From contig NMRA01000115.1 of assembly GCA_002633005.1 (NCBI GenBank), positions 471,176 to 535,175 on the forward strand: a stretch of DNA of 64,000 bases, read 5' to 3'. A model generated the notes under the pieces. That model worked only from the letters and a program-made list of their open reading frames with translations, did no database searches and had not been told where the DNA came from. The stretch comes from Phoronis australis. Its lineage: Eukaryota > Animalia > Phoronida. Below, piece by piece: positions 24,461 through 38,273 of this stretch (position 1 is its first letter; the number at the start of each line of letters is the position of its first letter). The translations under genes were made by a program, and so were the position numbers.

Positions 24461-27013
24461 TGATTGACACCGCCGCGTGCACCTAAGTGGTTTACATAAT
24501 ACAATGCCATTACGAGTGTTTGAAGTGTTGAGACCAGGTCAGTCACAAGCTTTGTGTCACTAGATTGTCCGTCCTCCATTTTACCAGTATTCATTGTTCG
24601 AGGTCATTAATGCAGTGTTCAGAACATGGGCATACTGTATTAGGTCAGACGACAGAAACTCGATTAACTGAAAACGAGACAAATTACAGTGGCTTAACTA
24701 ATCGCGAAACTGATGCAGTAGGTGTGGCACTACAATATCGTCTGCTACATGTACGTGTGAATGACAAACCACCACCGAAGAATATGATTGAAATTACGCT
24801 TAGAGGACGAGCTTGCTTGCAGCGAGGCCAATGTCCAAGTTTATGGTAAGATATTGAGCCTATAATAACCTTTTAGCGGACGCATGCCTGTAGACATGGT
24901 AGACTTCGCAGTGAGGGTCTGTGACACCACTTCCGGTTTTGTTACAGAATAAAAGTATCCAGCTCCAATTTTTGTCTGGATGAGCCCTGGGCGCTAAACA
25001 TGTATATTTTTTACCTGGCCGAATGGGAATGCTCAAGTCAACTCCACAGTTTATGTGAACACTAGTATACCGGATTTAACTTGGTGGAGAAAAGACATTA
25101 GCCTGATTTTTACAGCTGCAGAAAAGATAGTTATTGACACATGTGTTGTGGAAACGATTTATGGGGATAATGTTGGTTTTAGAGCAAAAGGTTCACTTTG
25201 GATCTCGTTATTTATCGCAAAAAACAACTTTTGAAATCTACCTCATACCGTAATGAAATCGGTCTCACACTGCCTTAAGTCAAATTAGAGACGGATGATT
25301 TTAGGGCTTTGACAGATCTAACGGTTTGTTATTGACGAAGACCAGGCTTTACGAGCTGCCTTGTCACTGTGTATCATTTTATGCGCCAAACACGGCCTTG
25401 AGGACTAAGGAACTGCCACCTCTATTTAAACCCCGAAATCTCTTCTGATCACCAATTTTATAGGGGTAAATTGTCTAAATCAAAGTTCGTTTAATAGCCG
25501 CGTCAGCTTCGTGGACGAGAGTCATTTCAATGGCCGCAGCTTACCACACTTCCCATTTCTGAAAGAACACTTCAGGTGGGGTCGAAGCACAGAGGGGAAT
25601 TATTGACGGTATGACATCCTTCTTCAGAACATGTTTAGCAGGTACCTACAAGATCTCTGCGAAATCCGACGTTAAGAAATCCTATACTCTTTGAGAGTAC
25701 ACGATCTCTGCATTCCACTATGCTATGACGCCGAGGTCTCACGAAAGGCAAACAACGTTCTACCTTTTACGAACCGATGTGCACGATGACGACTTCGATT
25801 TCAAACATAGCCTGGGAATGATTCTGGCCGCGAAAGTCATTTCCGGCCGGGACTGATGGATGCATAAATAATAAAACCCCGGGGGACTTTAATTAACTGA
25901 GGCAACCAGAAAATCGCAATTTAATCAAAAGAGAACTAAAAACGGTTGCCTTCATAAAAAAGTTCATATTCCACCTCGTTAAATGCATATTTAGGGAACA
26001 TTTCTGAATTTATGAGCGCCAACTGGTGGTGAAATGTGGAACCACAATTCAAAACATGTAATACTGTTATCGCAGTTATAACCAGAAATGTATTTTTAAA
26101 CTGACTATGTTGTTATATTATTCGACTACACATTTACAAATATGTTTCAGGTCTAATTGGCAGGCACGTGTTTTTTCCAAGAAATCATTCACTACACGAT
26201 TGTGATTAAGACTGACTACATTGGTTGCAGATCTTTCATACCTTCCTAATAATCTGGTTTGACGTCGATGTGACATGTATGTTACGTCGCAAATTGCAAA
26301 CGTTTCTAACTGAACAACCATCAGGTGAACCCAAAAGTTCAACGTCTTACCGGAAAATTAGATAGGAAGTTGTATTTGCAGTTTTGACTGTCCAAAAAAG
26401 AATATCTTCGAAATCTAAAATGATTTGATGCATTGTAATAATTCACTTTGTTTCAAACTAGGAAAATGCAGTTTTCTGAATAGCGAATTGATAACAGTGC
26501 CAACACACTTTAAAAAGGGAAGTCGTCCCTACATTCCCGTCCTCTGTTTTCTCCGTCATTGCTTTTCAAACGATGCTCGCTCATCCTGATGATAGCTGTT
26601 TAGATGTTCCTCCATCCTAGTGTTACCTCGGCTTTGTGTCCCCCACACCAGAGATCTCCCAAGCCTGATGTTCCCCAATACAGGTTAATTCAAATTATGC
26701 GTGACATTTTTGGCATGCAGATGCACGGGTCCATGTGCGTCAAAACCGGCACTTTTTCAGAGAAAAACGCACCAATTCTCATGTGTCCTGTATAGCGATG
26801 CTCGAATTACATGCAGGTAAAATTATTATTGTCACACATGACAGACATCTCGTTTCGCTTTTGACACGTTTTCCTGTTGAATGGGCTTTTATGAGTGATA
26901 GACTCATAACTAGTCTTCATGAAACAAAAATGATCGCCACCACGAATTTTGTTTCCGAATATCGAATAAGCCCCATTTTGAATATTCCCTATTCCCTACT
27001 TGCACGGTGGTGA

Positions 27014-27403
27014 TATTATCACGTTTAACTACAGGCACCTTTAATCAGCCGCTTGACGATATACTATAATAAAGAGAAAGGTACACAACTGCTATCCATG
27101 GTCGCCCACCAGGCACTTACGGAATAACTCAAAACATGTCAATCTAGGAGTGTCATACATGTTATCTTCGACTGCAACACGCTCACTGGTTACATTTGTT
27201 AACATCAACACCAATAATCAGCATACAGTAAGTGCCTCCAGATTTTCCTGATTCTACCGGCAATATTCACAGCTATAAGTGTTTTGGGTCGACCTGTTCC
27301 ATCTACAGTGACTAATGCGCATGCTCATCAGGCCCCTTTTTCTCTATTGTAGTATTGTATTAAGCGGCTGTCAAGAGTGCATGTGGTTTAACCGTGCATT
27401 ATA
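27014..27403. mobile_element. MITE with roughly 65-bp imperfect TIRs
   Basis: cacgtttaactacaggcac..cagccgctt..atactataata.agagaaagg is mirrored at 27333-27396. Confidence 0.7.
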
Positions 27404-28671
27404 GACAACAGAATCGCAACTGATCGCCTTTGTATGATTCTTTGTTGCTATCACCAGACAGAAGCTCATCTCCAACATTCATGTTGAAAACCGACGTGGC
27501 AACTGACGGAAAATTTCATACGCTCTCGTCATTTGTTTCTTTCCCAATCCATTTTACGATTACGATTTACTCACATTGTTAACATTTTAGTAATTTTATT
27601 AAACAACACAGCATAATAAAGGCGAGTAGTTTGGTTGCTAGGCGCACACAAGACATTTTTTTCGGGCCACCCGGGACTCTGATTTTACCTTTAGGCCTAA
27701 CCCCCTGCACTACACAGTCACCGAGTCACTGACCTACAATTAATTGACATTTAAAATAATGTTCAGGTGTCACCAGATTAGGACGGCTACAAGGGCACTC
27801 TTACTACACAGTTCGGGGAACGGTTCGCCAGATTAGGCGACTGACCCTGATATTTCGGCGCCAAATACAACTACCATTCGCTGGTGGTGATTTGGCGAGC
27901 AACCACACAGGTACTGTGCGAATGAGTGCAAGACAAGCGAACAAAACGTCGTGGTGAACGATAACTGTAGTTGTAAAAATATTGGAGTAAAATGCGATTT
28001 CATATACGAAACTGTGATACAAAGGTACACCAACACAAACAGATGAAATATACCTTTGTCTAGACAGCTAGTTCTAATGCATTTTTCACTTTTTGTTTCC
28101 CCAGCCACTGAGCCAGGTCGCCGACGGCACATCGAGCCGATTTGAGACATTAACAATCAGAGAGTGCGATCTTTTAATCGCAAAATCTTATATTAAAGTT
28201 GCGTCCAGGATCTCTTCTAATGGCATGAATCCATTACTTTGTCAGTTCAGCATCGCTTTGGTCGAGTTGTTGCTCAGTGGCACACAGCAAAACACTATAT
28301 TCGCAAACGTTTCGAGTAAAGTCACTTAAAGATGGCGTCAAATTGCACGTAGAGAATACAACTCCTTTCACGAATACACGTTTAATGAAACAGGCAGCCT
28401 GTTTTGCACTTTCGGTATGTTACAGCACTGGTTCCTAAAGCAAGGCAATTACATTTGTTTTAATAACTTGTACACTTCTCTCTGCTACACAACACGCACG
28501 ACCAGGATTCATCAGTGCTGCATGTATCATTGAACGTTGTCATAATTCAGCTAATAATGTCAGATACAAATTATTGGGTTACTAAGAACAAACGTCGCAA
28601 TATATTGAACTTACGTAAAAATCTAAACTTTCATTTAGGTCTCGCTCGGTAGTATAACACACGTACATGTT

Positions 28672-28798
28672 CTAAATTAGTTGGACAACTGCAACCACCG
28701 TAAAGACCGCGAAGGACGTGGCGACTGTCGTTTGAGCAGACGACACTTTGTTTTGGGTCACGTGCGTTGTCCTGCTGCCTCGGCTGCCATCTGCAGAC
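28672..28798 (-). CDS. Chitobiase exon 9 (terminal, GPI-signal-like hydrophobic tail)
   Basis: Acceptor ttttattttcag|; phase 2 gives RTKSADGSRGSR, then SSAQTTVATSFAVFTVVAVVQLI-stop. Confidence 0.85.
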
Positions 28799-29590
28799 CT
28801 GAAAATAAAATGTAGACTTTGTGCTTGATTCTGACAACGCGCACAGCTCAATTCAGTAAATGTATAACCTATCAAATCGTCTAAACTTGCCTAGACTACA
28901 TAAAACAGATTCTTCCCCGTCTCTCGAGGCTGTGAAACTCAGATTGGCTATTGCCAAGCCTCTCTTGTAAGTTAGCACTGTCGATTCGCGTACAGTAGAA
29001 TATATACTGAACAAAGTCGGCTCAATGGCCGAAAAAAACAAAGCACATCGGATTGAGGTTTCCAGCCAAAGTTAACAGAAATCAAAGAGGATAGCCCTCG
29101 GCTTTTTCAACTTGCCAACCCAAAACCCGTTTATTTCCAATTTCTTGGAGATGACCACAGAAACGTATTTTGTACAACAAAATTACAGCCGTTAATCGCG
29201 GTAATTTGACTGTTGTTGCTATTATCGAATATCACATTTATGCACGCATAGTACATAGTTAAGGAACCTCGATGCCTCGATTTTGTGGCCAATTATCGGC
29301 TCCATTCCCTTCTAAAACCACCCGCAATTACCTTCATCAGGCACAAAAATTCCCCTCCAATGTCCAAAACTTCCCTCAAGCTTAAAATCACTCTTAACTC
29401 ACGCAGTTTCTCAAATTGGTGGCGACGTGGAGATGGATTTTCCCCTCTTCCGAAAAAATCCCTTCAGTTGAGCAAGCATCCTGTAGACCCAAGTGCGAAA
29501 CGTAGAAGCTCAATTCGTTCGACACTTTTCAATACTGATATTGTCGCTACAGAAGAACATCCAGCACAAAAACCACTGTATAGCACTTAC

Positions 29591-29728
29591 TTCGTCCTAA
29601 GCATCACCCTTCCAGTAACGTTGACGCCTTGCCTGTACGGAAACCAAGTATTGCCTTTATTTGTGCTATACTCCAAGGGTAGTCCAGGCATCTCAGAGTT
29701 CATGTGCAGAACGTTGTTCTCATCGATT
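29591..29728 (-). CDS. Chitobiase exon 8 (C-terminal Ig-like domain)
   Basis: Acceptor gcctaacag|, donor AA|GTAAGT; NSEMPGLPLEYSTNKGNTW. Confidence 0.9.
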
Positions 29729-31974
29729 CTGTTAGGCAAATAAAAGACAAAATGTAAATGTATACATGTATATATTATATTAATATATAAATAAATAACT
29801 ATAACTAAATAACTATTAATTACATTTTGTCGATGTGAGCCATCCTGTCGACTATGAAAAGTTTCTCGGGACCTCGTCAGTCTCCCACATGTTAAGAACG
29901 AAGAGCACCAGAATGAGTTTTTTTGGAGTACGAAGTTCTTAGAAGCTGGTAACTTTAGGAGCCCCCGCCTGGTCATCACAACTTTCACCTCTCACGCTCA
30001 CCACATTTTTTCTCCTCCGAAGACAACTATTTAGCGCAATGAAGGGTCACCTCTGTGGTCATACAACATGTCTTCGTCGGGCGCAGACATGTATCTCATC
30101 GTGGTAACATCGATTAGATGCTACAACTTTTTGACATTTTTATCAACATTTAATTTATTTATTCATTTGTTTCTATGGTTTATGACACTTGCACCACATG
30201 TCAAATAATAGTATTCCACACGCACATCCACGTGTCTGGTTTATTTATTCTCTGGAATTCAACCGTGACGAGTTTTCATTTCCCAATGTAAATTGACAAT
30301 GTCTCTACTCGTTTGATTTCTTCGGTTTCACTGTTTCAACTGCTTAAAACATGTGGATTGGTTTGAAATCCATAAGTCTTCACTGCTGATGTCTTAGCCG
30401 GTTGATCCACGACTACACGCAGTGGCTGTACGCTATCCGTCTGGGCCAGCAATGTGAATGCAAGGCACTTGCGTCAAAAAAATCGTGGTTTATGGGACAG
30501 AAACAGCACTTTTACTTACCACGTACATGTACATGTAGATTCATAACTTAACATTCAACCTTCTTCGAGCAATCATTTCGATGGCGCTCATTTTCATTAC
30601 TAGCATACACACGTAAGGTCCCAAACTTACTTGCGAAACACGGGCCCGTTTTCTTTGCACGATTTTGCATGGTCTCCATAGATTTCGATGTTCACATAAG
30701 AAACATTTCATGAACACAATCTTTGTATCTAAATGACGATGGCCTGAATAGCTATCAAATGGACGGACAGATTTTTAATGATCCAGAGCCTGGCGAAAAA
30801 TTTATAGTTTAATCATACCTGTTTAGCATGAGATTTGCGATTGTTCTTTGTTGGAAAGTTTCAATTTATTGAAAAAAGAATTACTGTACACTGTAAGAGT
30901 ATTATGAAGCATGGAGTGTTCTGAGTGAGGTTTAATTTTTCGGATTATCTGCAATGATTACTGATTGCTTTATATACGTTTTTATGGCATAATGACATAC
31001 AGGTATGTTTGAAACAGGACACATTTACAGGGTGAGAGGTACATCTGCCCAGCGTGAAGTGACACACTTTGCTCAACTGTTTTCGCAGCGCGCGCTACGA
31101 CGTCACAGTTGAATTGTACAGGTTTGCGCAACGTTGGCAAAAGTTTGGGATCTGTTTCGTGGAGATCACCTTGAAATACCTGGATGTACATGTATACGAC
31201 AACATCCGGTACCAACAAGTTGTTGCATAAGCTAACAAATGTGGAAAAAGTATATGAACTTGGTAGATTCGGAAGCGCTGCTCAAAGAATCTCAGTGATA
31301 TGTATTTCTGTAAGTGAAACAGCCGTTCTGGGTGGATTTGTAGGCCTTAAAAGGGCGGTTGTGAAAACGTTGATTCTTGTTAACAACATTAATTCTTTAA
31401 CAGCCGATAGATTTTTTCAATACTTGTCCAGTCGCACAAGAAAATTAATGTGCAAAACACTTCCAGAGCTCCTTGTGGTAAAGATGATCGGGGGAATCCC
31501 TTCAGCGACTTGGATGTGGAAAGCGATTCGGAGGAGTTGGATGAAGATATTGACATGGGCTGAATATACGTAGGCCTAGAATAAGAGGTTTCCTGACTAT
31601 GACATTCTTTACTCAAAACTGTGTTTTTAAATTTTATGTTAATAATTGCATAGTTCGCCAACCTTTGTTCATTTTTATAAATAATAAATGCTTCACAAAA
31701 TTGATTTTGTGACTAAAAGTTGACGCTGAGTGGGCATAATTTTCCGAATAAACGCCCTTGGGCGTTTCATCGGGTGGGTTTATCTACGGAAAATCCCGGT
31801 ATGATAAAAAAGTTTTATTTTATTCAGTTGTCCCGCTTAGCGTTACATAGTTCGTTTCAACGTGTTCCTTACACAATTGCCTGGCTTGGAAAGAACCGAG
31901 AGTTCTTCATGTTTAGCAACCCAATTTTTGGTTCGTGTTTTTGGGTGTGTTTTAATACTCCAAGTGCTACTCAC

Positions 31975-32227
31975 CTGCCACCTGGAGGAGGAACGCGATA
32001 TCGTACTGCCATTTTGTCCAGTCTTGCCATTTCCTTGTGACCAAGTGCGTTTGCAAAGCGCTCCCAGTCTTTCCGCTGAAGGACGTCTCTGTGCTTTCCA
32101 CTGTCCATCGACTCCCAATCGGCTTTATGCCACGCCCGCTCTGCCTGTGCCAATATTCGGGGAATCGCCATGTACTCTAACTGTTCTCGTGTTCTAACGG
32201 TTTCGGAGAAGACGCATCCTTGCATGC
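31975..32227 (-). CDS. Chitobiase exon 7
   Basis: Acceptor tccacag|, donor AG|GTGAGT; GMQGCVFSETVRT..EYM..PR..A.AERAWH, YRVPPPGG. Confidence 0.93.
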
Positions 32228-33699
32228 CTGTGGATAATAATGGTTTATGTCTCAGCTCCTGTACGGAAATTGTTAGTCGTCGCATGAAATAGTGACCAAG
32301 AACTGGGTGTGTTCTATAAGGCTGTCAAGCCCCCCCTGCCCTCCAACCCCAGCTAAATGCAAATTTTAATACTGAGCATGAGTATTACCGAATTGGTTAC
32401 ATGACTATGTATAATGCAGATCGGTTTGGCATTTCTAGACAATGATAGTTGTAAGAATAGCAAAAGTCCGTCACGAATTGTTACACGACCCCATTGGTTT
32501 TATTAGAACCATAAATATAGGCTACTGCTAAATGTGACCTATAGTCAGATTCACCACGTTTGGATTTTAACTTTCGTTGGATTTTTGTACGTAGCATCAA
32601 AATACAATTTTGGATACATTTTAGAACAAGCAATGAAAAAACAATATTTTCCTTAGCCTCAAGTCCGATATGGCCGCCATATTGGATTTTACAACGTGTC
32701 CGCCGTAACAAGTCTCTTTTACAATACCTCTGCTTCCAAATTAATGAGATGTTAACTACCATTTCCAGGGCCATGGAATCCAATGATATCACAATGAATA
32801 ATCTAGACCCAAACAGAAACGTAATTGGGTGAATTTTTCTCCTTTTTGGAGTTTTTGCAATTGACCTGGCATGAACGTTCCACTAAGTTTATTTTCTTTA
32901 CGAATCCACATACTCTTCATGACAGAAATGTGCTTAATCCTTAAAAGGCAATCAAGGAGTCTTTATATATCTTAATCATCATCGTCATCACCGGCTTCAT
33001 ACATGTGCTTGTTCTACATGTATTTGCCGTCATCCTTCTCAGAGACGCACTGTCACACTGACAAATGTCTACACATTATAAGGTCTTTGTTATATTCCAT
33101 TTGTCCTTTACACATATGTAGATACGCTTCATTGTGACAAGACAGACTCGAAAATAAATCAAGCGTGCATTATTTATCAACCTAACTTAAACACAAAACG
33201 GCTCTTTTGAGGACCATAAAATCAAACTGGCAATGGCATTTTTAGAGGAATATGTTTTAAACATCACCAGGCACAAGTGTTCTCGAAAAAAATGCCCGTG
33301 GAAGTTTTCCGCTTATGAACGTTTTTTTCGGAAATCCCCAGGCTATCACACAAATTGTCAATCACTTCTTCTCCAGTGCATAGCAAGATCAACACACTGT
33401 TGACCTAACAGGCTCTCATGTGGTTTTCCTCTCCCGAGCCACTGATTTAGGTCATAACAAATGATGACCTCATGGTGAAAATCACGTCTACTTTCATAGC
33501 CTCAGGTATCATGGAGATAGATTGAATATGGAGAGCGTAAGAAGCAAAAAGATCAAAGGCTTTGTTCGACTTCAATGCGTTCATTGGTGGTCCTGTCTTA
33601 TAATCAAAGCAACATAGCTGTACATCTACATGGAGACAGATAAAGGTGCCTTCAGTTCTGTGCAGATGCTTTCAACAGAGGCAGAAGTGTCCGAATCTA

Positions 33700-34130
33700 T
33701 ATTTGCCATTCTAGCTATTTTCATCTTTACAGCCTTCCACCAAATACACCTACACCAAGATCACCTCTGGACTATGATGGCGTCTCTTCTGCTAGCATAC
33801 GGCAGAAAGTAACAAGCTATCATCTACATGTAGTTCACAGGCAAGAGTCCATATACAATCCAGAGTGTGGGCATAGGAAAGCATTGCTCTGCATGATTCT
33901 CAGGTGGGTCTCCTGCAGAATGGCTTCCACAAGGAGTCCGGTGACTCAACCAAGACTGATGCCTTTTACCTCCAAAGCTGTTCAGTGGTTAGCTGCCAAT
34001 GCAAAGGAACCTCTACTTTTGCAGAATAGAGAACTATTCATACACCGGTCTTTGTCACTGCTACAATGCTTCTCATAATGATGAGAACACGCATGGCAAC
34101 TATGACAATGATGATGATGAGTGGAATGTT
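33700..34130 (+). pseudogene. Academ-like transposase C-terminal remnant
   Basis: Frameshifted LPP...QAII, SCQCKG...YTGLCHC, then an acidic (GAT)n tail. Confidence 0.45.
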
Positions 34131-34939
34131 AGTGGCAGTGGTGCTGGCGAAAAGTAAAGACACTTTGATTGACCTAAATATTAAACACGTTTCTATCATG
34201 AGGAGCATATGGGTTCTTAATGGGCATTAACTTAGTGAAAAGTCTGGTCACCTGTAAGATATTTAATAAAGATGGAAGATTTAGTTGCTAAAGTTTTGTG
34301 TTTGTGTGTACTTTATTTGTGAAGCTACCATTGAACTCGTTGACCCTGAATTTGGCAGTTTAGCGATCGAAGATCTAGGCTCCTCAGAGGCTGCGATATT
34401 GACAAAAAAAAACTTTTTTTACGACAGCCATGTTATAACATTAAAGATGGCGGCTATAAGGACTTGGCCCAAATGGAACTATCATCTGTCTGATTGCTTA
34501 TAGGTGATTTATAGAAAAAATTTGTTATTGCCTCGGAAATTGCGGCGGTGGGTTGAATAGAATTTTGTTTGCAGTGTTAATTACGTTCTCACAACCTCAT
34601 CCCTACGTAAGAAGACATTAATTTCCTCCCTGTGTACTGGACGTGGCAAGCAAGAAACGGTCTTGTTCTCCATCCCTCACGTCACTTTCCTTAATTGAAG
34701 GTAGTCCATGCTTTAGCTGGGCTGTACTCATTGACGCAAGAATTTGCAAGCAAAGTGTAACCAAGTGCTTCGCTGGCCGTACATAGCGATATCTTGCGAA
34801 GTCTTGGTTGATCTTGCGTTTTACAACTGTATTGGTTCTACGGAACACAGGCTAGCGTTCACATCTATAACAAGTCTACCAAAAAGATTGCAATCAATAA
34901 CTTGTCAAATGTTAGACAAACACACACACACACACACAC

Positions 34940-35177
34940 CGATGATGTTTTCAGGCTTAGTTAGAGCGGGACATGCGTCGCTTTGTTTGCAAAATGCGTC
35001 TTTTTCAATCCTCTCTCCAGAGCGTTTGGTTTGGATGTTTTCATACAGTCGGTCTGGGAAGAATTTAAACATCTTCTGTGTATCGGAGAAACGTGTCGCC
35101 CAGTAGTAGCCTCTCTCTTCTGGATCAGGTTCATAGGGATGATCCATATACAGATGGGTAGCTGGAGTCATGACAAC
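34940..35177 (-). CDS. Chitobiase exon 6
   Basis: Acceptor ctttcag|, donor G|GTGTGT; HLYMDHPYEPDPEERGYYWATR. Confidence 0.92.
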
Positions 35178-35297
35178 CTGAAAGAAGCACATGCTAGACA
35201 AATGAGAGCCTACACTTATGGAGAGCATTATAACCGTGAAAAATTGTTGGCACTTCCAATCTTTATGTTGTTAAAATGGGTTCTTTCGTAATCTCAC

Positions 35298-36011
35298 CTT
35301 GAAACCCGCGTTAGCCAGCAGATAGGCTCTGTTCCCGGCACCCCACTCCCAAACGTTTTGCCACGCGTTCGCATACACGTCTCTTGTGGGGAAGTGGGCC
35401 TTGTCGTACACCGTTTTACCATCCAGCAAGCCATCTTCCCAACCGGCCATTACTAGACTTGGTGGTAGTGTCTTTGCTACGGTCTCCGCAAAATATTCGC
35501 CCAAGTTTGTGATGCCCTGGCTTCGCAACCAGTTACAAGCGCTTGAGTTCTTCCACGCACCAGCGGACGGCTCATCACCACCAAAATGATAGGCCCACAA
35601 GGGTGCGCCACTGTCGTTGTACATTTCTTCAACTTCCTTCACTACTTTCTTGATGAACTCATATGTTGAATTCAAGCAAGGGTTTATGGAATTGTCAGTG
35701 TACATTTGGACAGACAAATACGATGATGTGTCATGTATGTCAGACAACAAATACTGCTCAGCTGCAGTTATATTTATGTCTTTGAGTTTATTGTACCGCG
35801 CCAACATAGCGGCTATAGCAGCATGTGCGTGACCCGGACTGTCAAATTCAGGAATCACTTCGATAAATCGATCCTTGGCGTACTTAAGTATTTCAACAAA
35901 GTCTTGACGCGTATAAAAACCCGAACCGGGAGGCGTCGGAAGTGGTCCAGATCCGAGCTGAGGAATAGTGCAAGTAGTCTCGTTCAGGTCGTGACAACGC
36001 TTTCCTCCGAT
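35298..36011 (-). CDS. Chitobiase exon 5 (catalytic HFGGDE)
   Basis: Acceptor tcttttcag|, donor AAG|GTGAGA; IEVIPEFDSPGHAHAA, HFGGDE catalytic Asp-Glu pair, GWEDG. Confidence 0.96.
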
Positions 36012-37032
36012 CTGAAAAGAACCACTTAAATTCAAGGACTGGAAATTTACACAGCAATACAAGCAGGGTAATGGATTCACTCCCTCAGGGCACAACCACC
36101 TAAAAATTCATTCAATCGTTAACAATGGTCGTTATGTCAATGGTTCTTATATTTGTCTGCCAACTGCTGACAACGGACATTGCCAACACAACAGAATTCT
36201 CAAGAAACCTGCAAAAAGCGCAAGTCCTCTCTAGACTAGTACCAACATGTAGCAGAGATTAGACGGCTCCGATCTACTCTGCCTCATAGTGGATCATAGA
36301 AATGACATCTGATAATTTATCAAGGAAGGCTGGCCCTCCCAACGAGGGTTCAGACTGGCCTCCTACCCCTTATCGCAATAATTGTCTTTTGTCTAAAGTC
36401 CACGTCGAGGTGCACTGAATTGTGGCAACAATTTATAATCTCACAACCTGCGTATAATGGGCTGGTGTTCCTTCGTAAATGCGCAGCAAAAATGCGACAC
36501 CCATCAATTTCACTCGCTTAACTTCCCAAATAAGGATGTCAACACAGTCTTGGGCTCGGCTGCATTTTCGGCTTGCAAAAAGCCGACCGCGCGTTTGAAG
36601 CTGAAACAAAGCTAAGAAACAGCAAAGCTGCGACCGTGACAGCTTTTACAAATACCTGTACCCATGTTGTATTTTGAGTTGCCTGGGTGTACACCTGTAA
36701 CTGGCAGACTTGCGGCAGAAATGAATTCAGGTTGATTTTACTAACAGTAGAAACAATTAAAACGATTAAGATCCAAGACAATTACAATTAAGCTTTTTAT
36801 TGGCCCTCGACACAGCCAGGGCAGGCCACGCCTCCCCGTTCATTGCAAAAAGACATCCTCGCGTAGAAACTCGACCTCCATTGAATACTTCTGGCAACTC
36901 CAGGAGGCATTTTCCCGCTATACCAGCTCTTCTTGTCCACCTTTCCTGACTTGGTCGCCCCAATTCGATCCTTAACCTGGTGTGCGTATCAACAATCCAC
37001 ATCCCGAAACTATGTACAATACTTTTTCTCAC

Positions 37033-37236
37033 CTCGGTGAGCTCAGGTAAGCCCGGAATCTCCAACCTCCAGCCCTCGTCATCGGCGAGCCGGAGATGAA
37101 ACCTGTTCATCTTGTACTGCGACATGATGTCAAGAAACCCCAACACCGTCTCCTTAGGATGGAAGTTCCTAGCCGTGTCCAACATGAAGCCGCGGAATGC
37201 ATACCGCGGTCCGTCTTTGATTGTCACTACAGGAAC
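37033..37236 (-). CDS. Chitobiase exon 4 (start of GH20 catalytic domain)
   Basis: Acceptor tcgtttag|, donor GAG|GTGAGA; IKDGPRYAFRGFMLDTARNF...DDEGWRLEIPGLPELT. Confidence 0.95.
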
Positions 37237-38273
37237 CTAAACGAGTGAACACGTGTAAGTACACACTTAGTCAATGTTAATCGGTTAACTGAACGGCTTA
37301 AACTTCGACCATTCCAATTGATTGAAAAATAACATGCGGACAGTCTGATATGTTATTGATAAATACATTGCTGTAGCTTAGGGGCTGTTAAAACAACAAC
37401 CGTAAGTTCGTGTTTTACGACATACTCAAGACATGACAAAGGGTCAAATAAAATAACGAAACTTTCCAATGTAGGGATTTGGATATGACGTCACAAAAGA
37501 TGGCGGATGCATTCGAAATGGTCTAAGACGACAAAACCTTGGAAAACTGTCGAACGTTAAAGGGGAGCAAGTTGTGACAGTAATCAACTTAGCATATCAA
37601 TGTCGAAACCTGATAAGAAATCTTCCCAGCCTGGGTTTACAGAGTCATTTAGACAATCTCTAGGTGTGGCTGATCCAGGTTAGGAAGATATGTCTACTGG
37701 TACCTAACTTTGAAGGAAATCAAAAATCTTATAAATGCCCGGGAATGTTAAAAAACCTTTGAGTGCAAGATGGTCAGAATAAAAAACGACATAATGGCTA
37801 CACTAAGACGAAATGTTGATGTCGTTCAAGATGGACATTTACATTGATTTTGGACGTATAGAAAGTAGATTCAAACATTTGGAAAATTAGTTGTCAGCCT
37901 CAGGGGTGGATAACCTTTTTTAAACGCCGATTTTCACAGCCTATGGCTTGAGGATTTCGACCAATAGGACAGTCCCGTATTACACAATGCCGTAAATTTC
38001 TGTCTGGCACATTTGCTGCCTGGATTTCGTGCCGCTAGAGTTTCACATGTTATTTGTTGTCCTCTGATCCTTCGGAAGTTTTTCTCGGTTGCATTACTCT
38101 ATTCGCACTTGCAATATCAACTAAGTATCACTGCTGTGCTGCGGGCTGCAACTCCGACGTGAGAAAGTTTGATAAACTGGACAAATACCCGTGGATGCGT
38201 CATATGAAATTTTTCGCCCTCCCGACATAAATGAGAGACACGAAAATGTGGCTGATTTCCAGAACGAGATCAC

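Noticed and set aside
25030-25400. Possible MULE transposase relic (FVIDEDQALRAAL)
   Set aside because: A single short motif amid stops; insufficient support.
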